Positions 1 through 13,480 of a stretch of 64,000 nucleotides of DNA are shown piece by piece. The stretch comes from Scyliorhinus canicula (lineage: Eukaryota), in NCBI RefSeq assembly GCF_902713615.1, contig NC_052171.1, positions 8,335,209 through 8,399,208 of the forward strand, read 5' to 3'. The notes beneath the pieces were generated by a model that was given only the letters and a program-made list of their open reading frames with translations, ran no database searches and was not told the DNA's origin. Position 1 is the stretch's first letter, and each line of letters starts with the position of its first letter. The position numbers and the translations under genes are program-made.

Positions 1-68
1 CGTTCTGGAGGCGGTACAGAAGCTGGATTCAAACTTCGTCGCCATCATCTGTGGCAGTTTCAGGCGAG
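1..68 (+). CDS. POLB: POLB exon 9 (5'-truncated by window)
   Basis: Frame from base 2: VLEAVQKLDSNFVAIICGSFRR+G, vs human [23 protein letters not shown]; donor G|GTTGGT at 69. Confidence 0.95.
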
Positions 69-314
69 GTTGGTACATGGTTTGATCACCTTTATTCATT
101 TAACTGCAACTCTCTTGGACAGGCAACTGGAAGTGCCTCCTGGAATGGACTGTAAAATGAATGAAATGTAAGATAGGTTGAAATGTCAGGATTGTAAAAT
201 GAATTCCAGAACATAAATGGAATGGCTTCAAATATATGTTAAATGTTTGCCCACAGTAAATCATTTCATCCTCGAAAATAAGGACCAAAATGTTATTTCA
301 TTCCCTGATTACTT

Positions 315-533
315 AAAAAAATTTTTTTTAGAGTATTCAATTCATTTTTTCCAATGAATGGGCAATTTAGCGTGGCCAATCTACCTACCCTACACATTTT
401 TTTGGGTTGTGGGGGTGAAACCCATGCAGAAACGGGGAGAATGTGCAAACTCCACACTGACAGTGACCCAGAGCCGGGATCGAACCTGGGACCTCGGCGC
501 CGTGAGGCAGCAGTGCTAACCACCGTGCCACCC
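315..533 (-). mobile_element. V-SINE, short A/T-rich-tail subfamily (type D)
   Basis: tRNA-like head plus V core, tail ...aattgaatactctaaaaaaa on the minus strand. Confidence 0.85.
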
Positions 534-936
534 TCCCCTTATTTATGAGGACTATTATGTATATTAATGAAACCTGGAAGAATTTTTAAAAACAAATAAT
601 AATTTGAGAGAGAAAGAAAAGTTGTGAATGGTAGAAATCTAAAATATAAAGACAAAATTCTGTAAATATATAGCTTGTCGGTTAGCATCTTAAAGAGAGT
701 AATGTTTCTGATAAGCTTAGGATTCAGTTAAAAGCCAGCGAGTTTTACTTTTTACAGAGAATCAGCGACCATTGGAACAAGTTGCTGACATTTACAGTGA
801 GCATTTATTTACTTAAGGTGTTCAAAGGTGTGTGTTGCTGGTATGGCCAGCATTTATTGCCCATTGCTACTTTGCCCTTGAGAAGGTGGTGGTCTTGGAG
901 CCCTACTTAGCCTTGGAGAACTACCGCAGTGCATTT

Positions 937-1260
937 CATAGAATCATAGAATTTAGAGTGCAGAAGGAGGCCATTCGGCCCATCGAGTCTGCACCGGCTC
1001 TTGGAAAGACCACCCTACCTAAGCCCACACCTCCACCCTTTCCCCGTAACCCATCTAACCGAAGGGCAATTTAGCATGGCCAATCCACCTAACCTGCACA
1101 TCTTTGGACTGTGGGAGGAAACCAGAGCACCCAGAGGAAACCCACGCAGACACAGGGAGAACATGCAGACTCCACACAGACAGTGACCCAAGCGGGAATC
1201 AAACCTGGGACCCTGGCGCTGTGAAGCCATAGTGCTTACCACTATGCTACCATGCTGCCC
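937..1260 (-). mobile_element. HE1-like V-SINE, CR1-type tail (type A)
   Basis: Full head, V core and (attctatg)n tail. Confidence 0.9.
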
Positions 1261-2314
1261 TATTTGTAGATCATGGAGAGACTGAATGGTTAAGGTGGGA
1301 GTGCCAGTCAAGTGGACTGTTTGTCCTGAACGATGTTGAATTTCTTCAGTGTTCAAACATGCACTCATCTAAGGAAGCAGCAGGTGCTCCACACTCCTAT
1401 CTTTTGACTTGTAACTTAAGACAGGCTTTGTGGAGTTAGAGGGTGGTTTACCAGAATTCCCAGCCCCTGTCTTGCTCTTGTAGCCACAGTGTTTGTATGG
1501 CTGGTCCAGTTAAGTTTCTGGTCAGTGGTGATTCCCATGCGATTGATGGTGGGGTATTCCGCAACGGTAATGCCAATGAATGTCATGGGGAAGGGGTTAG
1601 ACTCTTCCTCGTGGAGATGATCATTGCCTGGCCAGTGTGGCACAATGTTACTTGCTGCTTGTCAGCATAAACCTGTACGGTTATCTAGTTGAATACGGGA
1701 ACGAATGGTTTCATTTTCTGAGGAATTGTGAATGGAACTAAAGACTACAGTTGTCAATGAACATTCCCTCTTCCGTCGGGAAGGTCTTTGATCAAGCAGT
1801 TGAAGATTGTTAGGCCTGCGACCTTGCTGAAGAACGTCTGCAATAGTGTCCTGGGGATGAGATACACAATCATCTTCCTCTGTGCTAGCTATGACTGGTC
1901 AGTGGAGAATTTTCCTCCTGACCCCAGTAACGTCCGTTTTAATTGGGCTTTTTGAGGCCATACTTCATCAAACGCTGCCTTTCCATCCAGTCATTTTCAC
2001 CTTGTTTCTGGAATTAAACCTCTTCTCCATGTTTGGACCAAGGCTCCAATGAGGTCTGGAGCCAAACTGACCACCAATGAGCAGCTTATTAGTAAGTGAC
2101 ACTTGACAGCGTTGTTGATGACACCTTTCATCACTTTTGCTGACGAATGAGAGTTAGTTGCAGGTAGTAATTGACTGGATTGGATTTATCCTTTTTGTGG
2201 ATGGGAGATTCTTGTGCAGTTTTCCACATTGGCAGATGGATATTGTACCAGTATTGTAGCTGGTACAATACATGAACAACTTAGCTAGAAACATGGTTAG
2301 TTCTATAGTTTCCC

Positions 2315-2535
2315 TAAAATTTAAAGTACCCAATTCCTTTTTTTTTCCAATTAAGGGGCAATTTAGCATGGCTAATTCACCTACCTTGTACATCTTTGAG
2401 TCGCGGGGATAAGACCCACGCAGACACGGGGAGAATGTGCAAAGTCCACACGGATAGTGACCTGGGGCCGGGATTGATCCCGGGACCTCAGCGCTGTGAG
2501 GCAGCAGTGCCAACCACTGTGCCATCGTGCTGCCC
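2315..2535 (-). mobile_element. V-SINE type D
   Basis: Head, V core, A-rich tail. Confidence 0.85.
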
Positions 2536-2794
2536 TGCATGGCTTGTTCTAGAGCGCACGTTTTCCACATTTCAGCCTTGGGATTGTTAGGGCCCAGAGG
2601 CTTTGTCACATCCAGTGCATTCTGCTGCTTCATATCAGTTGGCATGACTGAAATTGGCAGAAGACTGACATTTGTGATGGTGCTAACTTCGGCAGGAGGC
2701 CACGATGGTTCATCCATTCAACACTTCTAACTGAAGGTGGTTGCAAATATTGTCTTTTGCAATCATGTGCTGGGTTCTGCTATAATTGTTTTTT

Positions 2795-3310
2795 GTCCAA
2801 AGGTATTTTATTCCAAATGTAAACAATAACAACAAAACCACACTCCAACTAAACCGAGTTAACTTATTGTACCTATTTCCGCTTTTAATCCCCCTCCCTC
2901 ACCCCTCCCCCGGGGGATGAACTCAAATATCATCATGAACGGCCTCCACCTTGCGGTAAATTTGATCTTTTCCAAGGAACGCCCAGTGGCGTATCCGACT
3001 CGGAATGATTCTTCGCCGGGCAATCAGAGAGGCGAAGGTCGCAACATCAGCCCCATTCCGCTCCAGCAGCTCCGGCACCTCCAAGACCCCAAAGATCGCC
3101 ACCATGGGGTCCACCTTCACCTTGGCTCCTACTATCCTCGACCAGGTCCTAAACACCGCTTCCCAACTTCTCGCAACCTCAAAGCATGTGAAGATGATTC
3201 GCCAGGCCCCTCCCACATTTCTCACATCAATCCGTTACCCCAAGGAAGAACCCACTCATCCAAGCCCGAGTCATGTGTACCCTGTGTACCACTTTGCTAT
3301 AATTGTGGTA
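2795..3310 (-). mobile_element. L1-clade LINE 3' fragment
   Basis: Minus ORF WEAVFRTWSRIVG...DPMVAIFGV...FASLIARRRI resembles the fish L1 ORF2 C-terminus. Confidence 0.65.
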
Positions 3311-3571
3311 TAAACAAAAGCCAATATTGGAGCTGAAAAGGTAGGTGGCTGATTTTGATTCCTGGCCATTGACTGGGCGTGTGCAGCAAAGCAAAGCATT
3401 GCGAACAACATTTATGAATTATTATCTGCCAAATATTTGGGGTTGCGGAGGTGGAGCTAATGTGCACTGCGATGTTCACATTCACCGTGACCAGCTAGTC
3501 TTTACCTGTTTGCCCTTTCTGTGTTTCCGAGCCAGTTAAAAGCAGCATCTGCTTTTTCCCGTTGTCCCTAG

Positions 3572-3642
3572 GTGCCGAGTCCAGTGGGGACATGGATATG
3601 CTTTTGACTCATCCGGACTTCACTTCAGAGACATTAAAAAGG
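3572..3642 (+). CDS. POLB: POLB exon 10 with catalytic D190/D192 (GDMD)
   Basis: (G)AESSGDMDMLLTHPDFTSETLKR; acceptor ttttcccgttgtccctag, donor gtgagt; 71 nt. Confidence 0.98.
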
Positions 3643-4158
3643 GTGAGTTCTGATTATATGAAACGCCCTTGCCCGAGGTTCTGTGTGTTAACAGATGTGC
3701 ATGTAACTTTGAATTGGGCAGCTGGCTTTTCAACCTCGAGCCTCATTCGCTTTGTAACGGTGCAGCAATGTAAGGGATTTCCGTTGACGTCTTGTGAGAG
3801 CAAGTTGGACAAAAGGTAGCTCCTGCCAGAGTCCTGCTTTTTAAAATCCTTTTTGCCTGGTGTTTGGGGGATTTTGGTGGTCAGTCCCGGACAGCCCGAA
3901 CTATGTAAAGAATTCCTGGTGAATTATGTCGGACGATGCAGCAATTTGACTTCTTTGATATCTTCCTCACACATGGAGCAATGTACATTCAGCGGTTGGT
4001 GTGAAACATTAACACCAGCATGGGCCAATTGGGCTGAATAGCCTCTGTTTTGTGCTGTACATTCAATGCAGTACTTCCTATTGTGCACCTTCTTTGTATA
4101 GTTCTTTACAGCTGAGAATTGAGTACACTTATCAGGTGAAATACTCACTTAGTGGAAT

Positions 4159-4525
4159 CATAGAAACTTCTAGCACAGAAGGAGGCCGTCTGGCCCACGG
4201 CGCTTGTGTTTGCTCTTTGAAAAGCCGGCCCATGGAATCGCTACAGTGCCTATCAGATCTGCACCGACCCTCTGAAAGAGTACCCTACCTAGGCCCACTC
4301 CGCCGCCCCATAACCCTGTAACCCCCATCTAACTTTTGGACACAAAGGGGCAATTTATTGTGGCCAATCCATCTAACCTGCACATCTTTGGTCTGTGGGA
4401 GGCACCTGGAGGAAACCCACGCAGACACGGGGAGAACGTGCAAACTCTACACAGTCACCCAAGGTTGGAATTGAACCCAGGTCCCTGGCGCTGTGAGGCA
4501 GCAATGCTGTCCACTGTGCCACCGT
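4159..4525 (-). mobile_element. V-SINE type A
   Basis: Head, V core, CR1-like tail. Confidence 0.85.
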
Positions 4526-5140
4526 TTCACCCCCAGTCATTCTTAACCCTATGCTCCTGCTTTTGACTTTAATCTCACATTGCACTTGCCAGAGTGGATA
4601 CATTTTCTCTATCTACTGTATCAGATCATCATCTTGAAATCGGCGAATCGGTCGCTGTTTAACCATCTCTGTTCACCAACTGAGACTTAAACAGTGATAA
4701 GTAAAGTTCAAGCTTTTATATTCTATTCCCCTATTTATAAACCCAAGTATATATCAAGTATTCAGTAAAACTCCTTGGTGCACAGATCTCTTTTTAATTT
4801 GCTTACAAGACAATGATCCCTGATGGCAACAGTCATAAACCTCTAGTTCCACAAGTACAATCGGAGGAAGATAAGGAGCCAAGGCAGCCTGTTAGAGAGC
4901 CAACATTTTTCCACACAATGCAGCACCTAGTGGGTTGCGTTGCAAAATCAATGTGCCAAATGGCTATTTGTTCTCTATTTCTCCTGCCAAGTAAGACAAG
5001 TGGCGAGTGGGAGAAGCTCCGAGAAAGCTTGGAAAGATCAAAAGGGAAGAAGGGAGCGGGTGTGAGTGGAAAGTAAACTTTTACATTTGTCATTTATACA
5101 TTTTTGCATTTGTGTTTACCTGGAGAGCGGAAAATTTAAA

Positions 5141-5604
5141 TCATAGAATCATAGAATAGAATTTACAGTGCAGAAGGAGGCCAATCGGCCCGGAGTCTGC
5201 ACCGGCCCTTACAAAGCACCCTACTGAAGCCCACGTATCTATAATACGTATCTGCCCTATCCCAGTAACCCCCACTTAACATTTTTTGGACCCTCCGGGC
5301 AATTTATCATGGCCAATCCACCTAACCCGCACATCTTTGGACTGTGGGAGGAAACTCGGAGCACCCAATAATAATAATAATGGCTTATTGTCACAAGTAG
5401 GCTTCAATGAAGGTACTGTGAAAAGCCCCTAGCCGCCATATTCTGGTGTCTGCATGGGGAGGCCGGTACTGGAAACCCGGAGGAAATCCACACAGACACT
5501 GGGAGAACGTGCACTCTGCACAGACAGTGACCCAGCCAGGAATCGAACCTGGGACCCTGGAGCTGTGAAGAAACTGTGCTAACCACTGTGTTACCGTGCT
5601 GCCC
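5141..5604 (-). mobile_element. V-SINE type A interrupted at ~5366-5476 by a truncated type C SINE
   Basis: V core split at gagcacc/ccggagg by aataataat...gtgaaaagcccctagccgcc...ggggaggccggtac. Confidence 0.8.
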
Positions 5605-5799
5605 AGTCTTTTGTCTGGATATGTTTACCTGCCAGTTTACCATTTTATTTTAAATGAAAAGATCTCTATTAGGAAAGTTGGAGCATTATTTTAAGGGAGA
5701 TTTTAGTTTTAGCAACTGAGGGCTCAGATGAACTGATTCAGCAAATTGTGCTGACCAGATTTTCATTAAACGGTCAAAGTCTTTTAGTTCAAGGTCGTT

Positions 5800-6060
5800 T
5801 TTCTTTTCAATTCAGGAACCAAGGTACAAGGGCAACATCCATGGTGCAGGACACCAGCAAGGTCAGAGGGTAGACCCGAAAAGGAGGTAAATCAAGAGTT
5901 AGTAATTTAGATGGCTCCCAACGAGGGTTTAAAAGCCTGAAGATTGTTTGAAGACAGGGAGACTGAGGGCGGTAAAAGAACTCCAGAGATTTATGGTCCC
6001 AGAAATGAACTACTTGCAATGGGACAGAATGCAACGATTCCACTTAAACACCGTGCAAAT
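5800..6060 (+). mobile_element. Possible degenerate L1 ORF2 fragment
   Basis: DCLKTGRLRAVKELQRFMVPEMNYLQ loosely fits the L1 pattern G-L-SF-ELQ-KF-YLQ. Confidence 0.35.
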
Positions 6061-6139
6061 GTCGGGCGGTGGAAGAATATGTAGCACCGGCAGCTTTGGA
6101 GCTTCAGAAGAGCAAAATTGGAAGGTTGGGAAGTTATCG

Positions 6140-6479
6140 TAGAATAGAAGCATAGAATTTACAGTGCTAAGGAGGCCATTCGGCCCATCGAGTCTGCACC
6201 GGCCCATGGAAAGAGCACCCTACTTAAGCCCTCGCCTCCACCCTATCCCCTTAACCCCAACTAACCTTTCTTTTGGACACTAAGGGACAATTTAGCATGG
6301 CCAATCCACCTAACCTGCACATCTTTGGACTGTGGGAGGAAACCGGAACACCCGGAGGAAACCCACGCACACACTGGGGAGAACGTGCAGACTCCGCACA
6401 GACAGTGACCCAGGGAATCGAACCTGGGACCCTGGAGTTGTGAAGCAACTGTGCTAACCACTGTGCTACCATGCTGCCC
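6140..6479 (-). mobile_element. V-SINE type A
   Basis: Full-length copy. Confidence 0.9.
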
Positions 6480-6779
6480 TCTGGCTTTTTGGTGCTGGTT
6501 ACAGCTGGATGCTTTGAGGTTGTCAGAGTTGGCGGTTTATTCCTCCGAACACTTGGCTTTCTCCCTTGCTCTGTGGGAAGAAAATCTCGGACCATTTGAT
6601 ATCCCAGATCCTGAAACTCTTCTTTCCCAGTGGTCACGGAGGGAGGAGGGGGGAGAGGGAGGAGGGAGGAGAGGGAGGAGTGTAGGAGGTTTCAGTTCTT
6701 TACTCTGTCTTATTTGATAGTAAAGCAGCAGCCATACATTAGTGACTGGAATGATGGTATGAGCAATCTGGTGGATAGA

Positions 6780-7480
6780 ATAACATTATGAGGGCCGTGG
6801 ATAGAGTGGATGGGTAGGCATTCTTTCCCAGGGTGGACGGGTCCGTCACCAGGGGAAAGAGGCTTAAGTGGGGCAAAGTTAAGAGGGGATATGCGAGCAG
6901 GTTTTTTACACAGAGGGTGGTGAGTGCCTGGAACGCGTTTCCAGGGGAGGTTGTGGAAGCAGATACATTAACGGCGTTCAAAAGGCATCTTGACAAACAC
7001 ATGGATAGGATGGGGATAGAGCGATACGGCACAAGGAAGGGCTGAGGGTTTTGGCAAAGGGTGGTATCATGTGGGCAGCACAGTAGCATTGTGGATAGCA
7101 CCATCACTTCACAGCTCCAGGGTCCCAGGTTCGATTCCAGCTTGGGTCACTGTCTGTGCAGAGTCTGCACATCCTCCCCGTGTGTGCGTGGGTTTCCTCC
7201 GGGTGCTCCGGTTTCCTCCCACAGTCCAAAGATGTGCAGGTTAGGTGGATTGGCCATGATAAATTGCCCTTAGTGTCCAAAATTGCCCTTAGTGTTGGGT
7301 GGGGTTACTGGGTTAGGGGGTTAGGGTGGAGGTGTTAACCTGGGGTAGGGTGCTCTTTCCAGGAGCCGGTGCAGACTCGATGGGCCGAATGGCCTCCTGC
7401 ACTGTAAATTCTATGTAAGCATGACCGGTACAGGCTTGGAGGGCCGAAGGGCCTGTTCCTGTGCTGTATTGTTGTTTGTT
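6780..7480 (+). mobile_element. HER1-like CR1 3' end, with a SINE inserted in its 3' UTR
   Basis: RFFTQRVVSAWNAFPGEVVEADTLTAFKRHLDKHM; tail gggccgaagggcctgttcctgtgctgt. Confidence 0.85.
7073..7416 (+). mobile_element. V-SINE type A
   Basis: Full-length copy. Confidence 0.9.
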
Positions 7481-8039
7481 CTTTGATTTCACAGAGTGAT
7501 TGCCCCAATTTGAGATGATAAGCTTCTCAAAGAGCAAATGGCTTTTGAATTGCTGACTTGAAGTCAGGGTGAATGTTAAACATTGGCGTGTACTTTAACC
7601 GAAATGAGCATTTCTCAGGAAAAATTCTACTTAGCAATTGAGTTTTGCAAGTTTTGAATGAAAACAGCATTATTTTATATACCTGCCATTCTCTGTGAGG
7701 CTGAAATCTACTGTCAGACTGTAAGTCCAACTCTTCTATCTTGAAAATAGCGCTGTTATAGATCTGTATTGAGCTTTCCATTTGAAATAAATTGCAATGT
7801 GTACAGACATGAAAGTTGTGGCTCAGCCTTTTAGCCTTTTTTAAATCTGTAGTTCAAACAACCTTCAGGGCAACTGTAAAGAATCTAAATGATGTTGGAT
7901 TGGGTATGGCGTACATAATTCTGTACTACATTGAGCAGAATATAATCACAAAATTGTTCCCGACGATACCCTATTGGTAGCTGAATGGCAGTAAGTCGCC
8001 ATTTCGCAGAATCTCCCAAACCCCTGTCCTCGATCATTT

Positions 8040-8255
8040 CGATAAACAAGGGCAGCAGGTGCTTGGGACCACCACCTCCAAGTCGCACTTGTACCATTCT
8101 GACTTGTATTACCCTTACTTGATCATTGTTGGTTGCATACCTCGAGACTCCCTGCCTAAAAGCACGGAGTCACCACCACCCTCTTGAGGGTACGGGGCTG
8201 GGCAATAGATGCTGGCTTTGCCAGTGACAGCCGCGTCCATGAATGAATAACGCAA
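8040..8255 (+). mobile_element. Family X LINE 3' end
   Basis: Tail gggcaatagatgctggctttgccagtga...catgaatgaataa. Confidence 0.65.
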
Positions 8256-10029
8256 GAAAGTATGGCAAATTCTTGATGGTCGACTTCACCATTGGGGGTG
8301 ACGCCGTGGGTGCAACATTTCCAGCCTCCTTTGGCCTTGTCCGTAGTGGCAAATGTGGGAACCTAAGTTGAGCATTTTTAAGATCCTGCACAAATCCAAG
8401 TGGTATTGAAGTCTGAGCCTTGCATGTTTTTTCATGTGTGGAATGATCTGCCTAGACTACACAGGACAATATTTTTCACTCTACCTCGGTACATGTGACA
8501 AATCTGATGGGAGCGTCGGTTTGTCTTCACATGAAATTTCTTGTTTGATTGGCTGACGACCCTTCATGGTTGCTATTGTCAGAGACTTCTGGTTTAGGGT
8601 ACTTCTGGTTTGGGCTGTGCACCTTCTAACCTCTGTGTTTCTGACATGTTTTTTCCATCGGAGACTTCATATTGACCAGAGGGCCTATTGGTCACAGACA
8701 TCGATCGAGATTGGTCATGAACTGTGCCAGGCCTGGATGTAACCTGAGCTTGGTTACTGGCTGGATTCTTGACTTTTACCTGTTCTCATCAAGAGATCGC
8801 TAAGCACCTCTGGCAATCTCTCTTCCATGATGCATCTTCCCTTGGGCTGTTTATCAGACTCTCACAGAAAAAAATGTATGGCTAAGGCTCTACACCATTA
8901 ATGCAGAAGTAAATTGTTAAGCAATTGGAAATGAGGAATGCCTTTGTAAAATTGCATCAAACGCACAATCTGGAAGGATTAAATCACCTTCCTCGCTATT
9001 AATAAACTTGCGACGAGATGCATGCCTTGTGCACCCCGTTCCCTGGCTTCAGCCCGCAATCTTGCATTTTTGACAGATTTAGGTGTTACCTTGGCGAAAC
9101 AGCAGAGGGTGCTGTCTGCCCTCCTTGGGACACAGACTGAGGAAAAAGCTGGGTTCACTGCAGAGGAGTGACAGGGTTGAATCCCGTGACTTGTTTGCAC
9201 AAAATCTTAATTTGTACTTGACGTTTTCAAATTTGCAGAAAAGGGATGTTGCAACAGTCTGCTTTTGTTGTGGAATAATTAAACCAAGGCTCGATACTTT
9301 CCTCCAGGAAATAAATCCTGCAAGCAGTGCCCCTTCAGGATTAGTTTTATACACCTCTTCAGTTGGACTGGGAAAAGGGAGCAGGTTCTTCATTTACTTC
9401 ATGTCTTAAACATGGGGGGGCATCCAAAATAAGCTAACATTGCGAGCTGCGGAAACAGTTCAAACTTCATTCAAGAATAACCTGAATCCAGGTAGTATTT
9501 TGAAAGCTTATTTAACCTAAAGAACCCTCAAAGCTGTGCTTAAATTTGGTGTAATGATACTACCTCTTCCTGTGAACAGCTCATCCCGAAGATGGCCAGA
9601 GGTTTAAGAGGGGATTCACAAACAATGCAACAAATCTTTGGGCTGAATTTGGAAATGGGCTGTGTTACCCACAGTTTAAACCATTGACTGCTTTCTGAAA
9701 CAACAATACGCACTGTATTGTATCATTAGGAACATTATTTTAGCTGAATTTATTGGAGACAGGGCAGGTAAAGAGCCAAAACTTACAAACAGACCAATCC
9801 ACATAACCTTTTCCTTACTATGGCTGTGAATTATTACCGTTGTTTTATTCGGAGAATCCCGACCGTGCAGAAGGAGGCCATTCGAGCCATCGTGTCTGCA
9901 CTGACCCTTCAAATGATGACTCTATCCACCCAAACCGGCGCCGGCCCCGATTCCAACGTCTAAACCGATTCTTTGCCCGATCTCTGATTACGATTTCGCG
10001 GCGGGCAACGGAGAATCCCACCCAAGATC

Positions 10030-11420
10030 TGTGACAGGAGGAAAGAGTTAGACAAGTAAAGAAGCAGTGGATCTAGAGAAGGTGGAATATCTGAATAGAA
10101 GAATCATTGCCAGCTGCTGCTGTCCATAAAATTGGGAACGAGTGTTTCTGATCTGAAATTGTACGCTGTGCCGAGTCTGGAAGGCTGTAAAGTCCCTTAT
10201 TGAGAGCTTCGGGGGCGTGAGGCAAATTCCAGATAAATCAGACCAGGAGTAACGCAGAGAATTAAAATGGCCAGTGACCGGGAGCAGTCAAGCTTGTCGA
10301 CTGAGTGGAGTTGTTTACCCATTCTGTGTACTAGGGAGACCACATCATGAACAGCGAATATCGTATACAGAATCGCACAAAGTATAAGTAAATCACTGTT
10401 TTGACTGGAAGGAGTGTTTGGGGTCTTGAGTGGTGGGAAGGGAGCAGGTGAAAGGGCAGTTGTTCCATCTCCTGAGCTTGGATAGGAAGGAGAAGGACAG
10501 CTGTGGTGATGGAGAAGTGGTGATGGAAAAGTGGAGGGAATGATCTCTTTGGGATGTTGAAAGTGGAGGGGAGGGAAGATCTGTTTAGTGGTGGAATCAT
10601 GTTGGAAGAGGCTGAAATGGCGGAGGATGGTTAGTTGAATGTGGGGGTTGGCAGGATGGATGCTGAGGACGAGGGGAACCCCACGCGGTTGTGGAAAGGA
10701 GAGGAAGTGATGAGGGCAGAATTGTGGGAAACGGGATGAGTGAGGTCCTGTCCACCTCGGTTCAGGAAAATGGAAGGACCGGTGTGGACGATGACATAAT
10801 CCAAACAATGGAGAAGCCGGGAGAATAGAATCCCAAACAAAGGGATTATAATTATAGGAGCAGTTCAATTGTTGTAGAACGTTCATGGTGAAAGGAGATG
10901 GTTCGGTCAGCAAACTGGACACTGTTAAAGCAGCGAATGTTGTCGGAGGATTTGTAAATGCATATCGGAAAAGACTGGACTTGGGATGGTAAAATCGAGT
11001 TGAGATAAGAAGATGCAGATTTCCTGGCAAGAACAGACTGAAATGGTGGGTCTAATGGGATTCCTGTTTGCAGATCCTGGAAAAGAGTTTGAAGAGGCTG
11101 TGTAGGGTTGTGAATCTGGAGCCATTGCCATTTTGGTAATGGGACACATTGCAATATGGCAATGGGACAAGGGAGAAAGACCTCACAAATATTGAGGCAA
11201 TATCACCAGCAGTAAAATGCCTGGGAGGATCATATGTGTTGTACTGTTTTGTTCTGGAATTAGAGATGAAGTAGGCGATGGTCTGGGAAATGATGACTAG
11301 ATATTTACTGGTGGGATGATGGGCGAGAGAAACTAAGCGGTGCCAGTGGGTGCCGTTCAGCCTCTGAAAGCTACAGAGGTCTGTTCGCCAGAGAACAACA
11401 ACGTGGAAGTTAATCACTCC
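10030..11420 (-). mobile_element. Penelope-like element (RT C-terminus to GIY-YIG region), degenerate
   Basis: Minus ORF GVPLVLSIHPANPHIQLTILRHFSLFQHDSTTKQIFPP matches the Penelope RVPLVLTFHP...ILRHF..LQ.DPTT..IFP pattern. Confidence 0.8.
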
Positions 11421-11931
11421 GTGCGCACATCATTGCATGTTAACAAAGAATGTGTTTACTGCTGGAAGCTGCTGTGACAGCTAATATCAAACAGAAAGTG
11501 CAATAATAGTATCCCATCAACTTCACATTAAGCATGAGATCTTTTGGAATGATTTCAAGGCTGTAATTTTGTCTTCAGACATGGGTGGTGACAAACGGTT
11601 CACATTTTGCTTTGAAGTTTATGATATGTAAATCTCTGATGATTACCTGTAGTTGCTTCTGGGTATTCTTTATGCTCAATATCATTTTAAATGCTTCACC
11701 CCTATTTTTGTCCAAATGAATTTTGACTGAAGCATCGTGCGTGTGTGTGCAGCATTTTTGGGTGCGCAAAGCATCCAGGGTGCTTCACAGGTAATCAGTG
11801 AAACTGGACAGCAACCCAAAGGTGGACATATTGGGAGGTAGTGGGTTCCACGGTTCTGAATCACTAGCAAAGCATTGGTTAGAGTTGGGGCTGATGTGGT
11901 GAATTCTTATTCCAACAAAGTGAAAGATCAA

Positions 11932-12097
11932 GGGCAGGATTCACCGCCACGCCACGCCTCCGCCGGCAAAGGGATCCTCCATACCAGCAGCCGGCCAATG
12001 GGGTTTGCCGTTGTGGCTGTTCTGTGCCATCGGGAAACCCACAGGTGTGGATGTGCTACTGGCGAAGCGAAGGATCCCACTGACCGAGAATCCCGCT
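11932..12097. mobile_element. Short MITE-like element with gggc/ggagaat-type ends
   Basis: gggcaggattc ... gagaatcccgct ends resemble the TIRs at 38184-38842. Confidence 0.5.
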
Positions 12098-13077
12098 GAC
12101 AGTGGTGAAAATAGTAAACCAGTTTATTTACAGCTCAAGAGATTAGACGAGGAAAAATTTCGAGAAGCACAGATTGTAGCCGTGTTTGTGAAAGAGAGGT
12201 TGAAGGATGGAACTGAGAGGGATTCCCGAAATGATGTGTGTCCTTTCTGGAGATCAGGAATTATTTTAAGAGCTTCCTTCCCTAGATATTCAAATCGTAC
12301 TCAAATCGTAGATGCACTGAGGTTGACTCCTGAATTAAAAGTCATCAATCTTGAATAGTCATTGAATATTCATATTCGTTCTCCTTTGGCTAACATAAGA
12401 TGAAATTTTGTTTCCGAATTCAAGGAAAGGTGGCAGTTTTTGTCAGAAACCCGTTAGAACTGCGCGACAAAATGTATTCTCTTGCTGCCTTGTCATGAGA
12501 TCTCTTTTAAACTCTTCGAAAAGGAGAGAAGATGTTCACTGCAAATTTAGCAAAATCACAACGAGATTTGTAAAAGTGTTTTTGGTTGAATGATGTACTT
12601 CACAAGAATCTTGTATTCAGTCTGATTTTGACCTCTCCTTCACAAGCAAGGCCTCATTTTTATTTTCATTTCTTTGGTTGGGGACACTCGAGGTGCAGCA
12701 GTTATTTCAAAAGTTCCGTTCAGAAAACCTTGATATTTCTAATGTAATTGCTTTGCAACTCCCTTTGTCCCCCTGCAGATTTACTTTGCAAAAATCCTTG
12801 AACCTTTCGTGTGCAGCTCACGGTATCCAGTGGAGCTTGCTGAATCAGCGCGATGTGTGTTGTCACTGGCATAGCAGTAGTGACATGATAAGGAAATGAA
12901 ATTTCTCCCTGCAGTTCTCTGGAATTATAGCGAAAACTCAGCAAAATAATTGAAGGTTTTTACCTTCGCAAACATGGATTGTGTCTGCAGAGAGCATTTT
13001 GAGTTGTGTTACTCTAGAGAGAAGTACTAGTGATGGCAGCAATTTGCAGTAATGAGCATTGTGGCATAGGTGCACTG

Positions 13078-13480
13078 GCATAAGATACAGGAGCAGAATT
13101 AGGACATTTGGCCCATCGAGTCTGCTCCACTATTCAATACAATCATGGCTGATCTCACCCTGGCCTTAACTCTACCATCTACCCGTTCTCCATGGGCCTT
13201 CAACCCCTTCCCAATTAAAAATCTGTCTAACTCCTCAAATTTACTCACTATCCCAGCATCCACCGCACTCTGGGGTAGCGAATTCACAGCCCTTTGGGAG
13301 AAGTAGTTTCTCCTTAACTCCGTTTTAAATTTGCAAACTCTTATTCTAAGATTATGACCTCTTGTTCTCGATTGCCCCACAAGAGGAAGCATCGCTCCAC
13401 GTCTACTTTATCCATACCTTTTATTATCTTATATACTTCAATTTGATCTCCCCTCATTCTTCTAAACTCCAGAGAGTATA
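13078..13480 (-). mobile_element. CR1 3' end
   Basis: GQSRTRGHNLRIR..FKTELRRNYFSQRAVNSLPQSAVDAG. Confidence 0.85.

Larger units (their letters stand above)
820..2790 (-). mobile_element. CR1/L2-group LINE (family X) RT-to-3' fragment, interrupted by two SINEs
   Basis: Reverse complement of the LINE at 34032-36090; 3' tail atttattgcccat...gagaaggtggtgg. Confidence 0.75.

Noticed and set aside
3562-3819. ORF MSLGAESSGDMD...KLDKR as an 85-aa protein
   Set aside because: Only 3572-3642 is the POLB exon; the rest is read-through into introns
315-6479. Run of six consecutive antisense SINEs suggesting strand bias
   Set aside because: Over the whole window both orientations are common; the run is compatible with chance
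10197-11030. Longest ORF (277 aa) as a host gene
   Set aside because: Frame-mixed remnant of a Penelope-like retroelement
12005-12358. 117-aa + strand ORF
   Set aside because: Starts inside a MITE, resembles no protein I recognise and has no supporting splice structure
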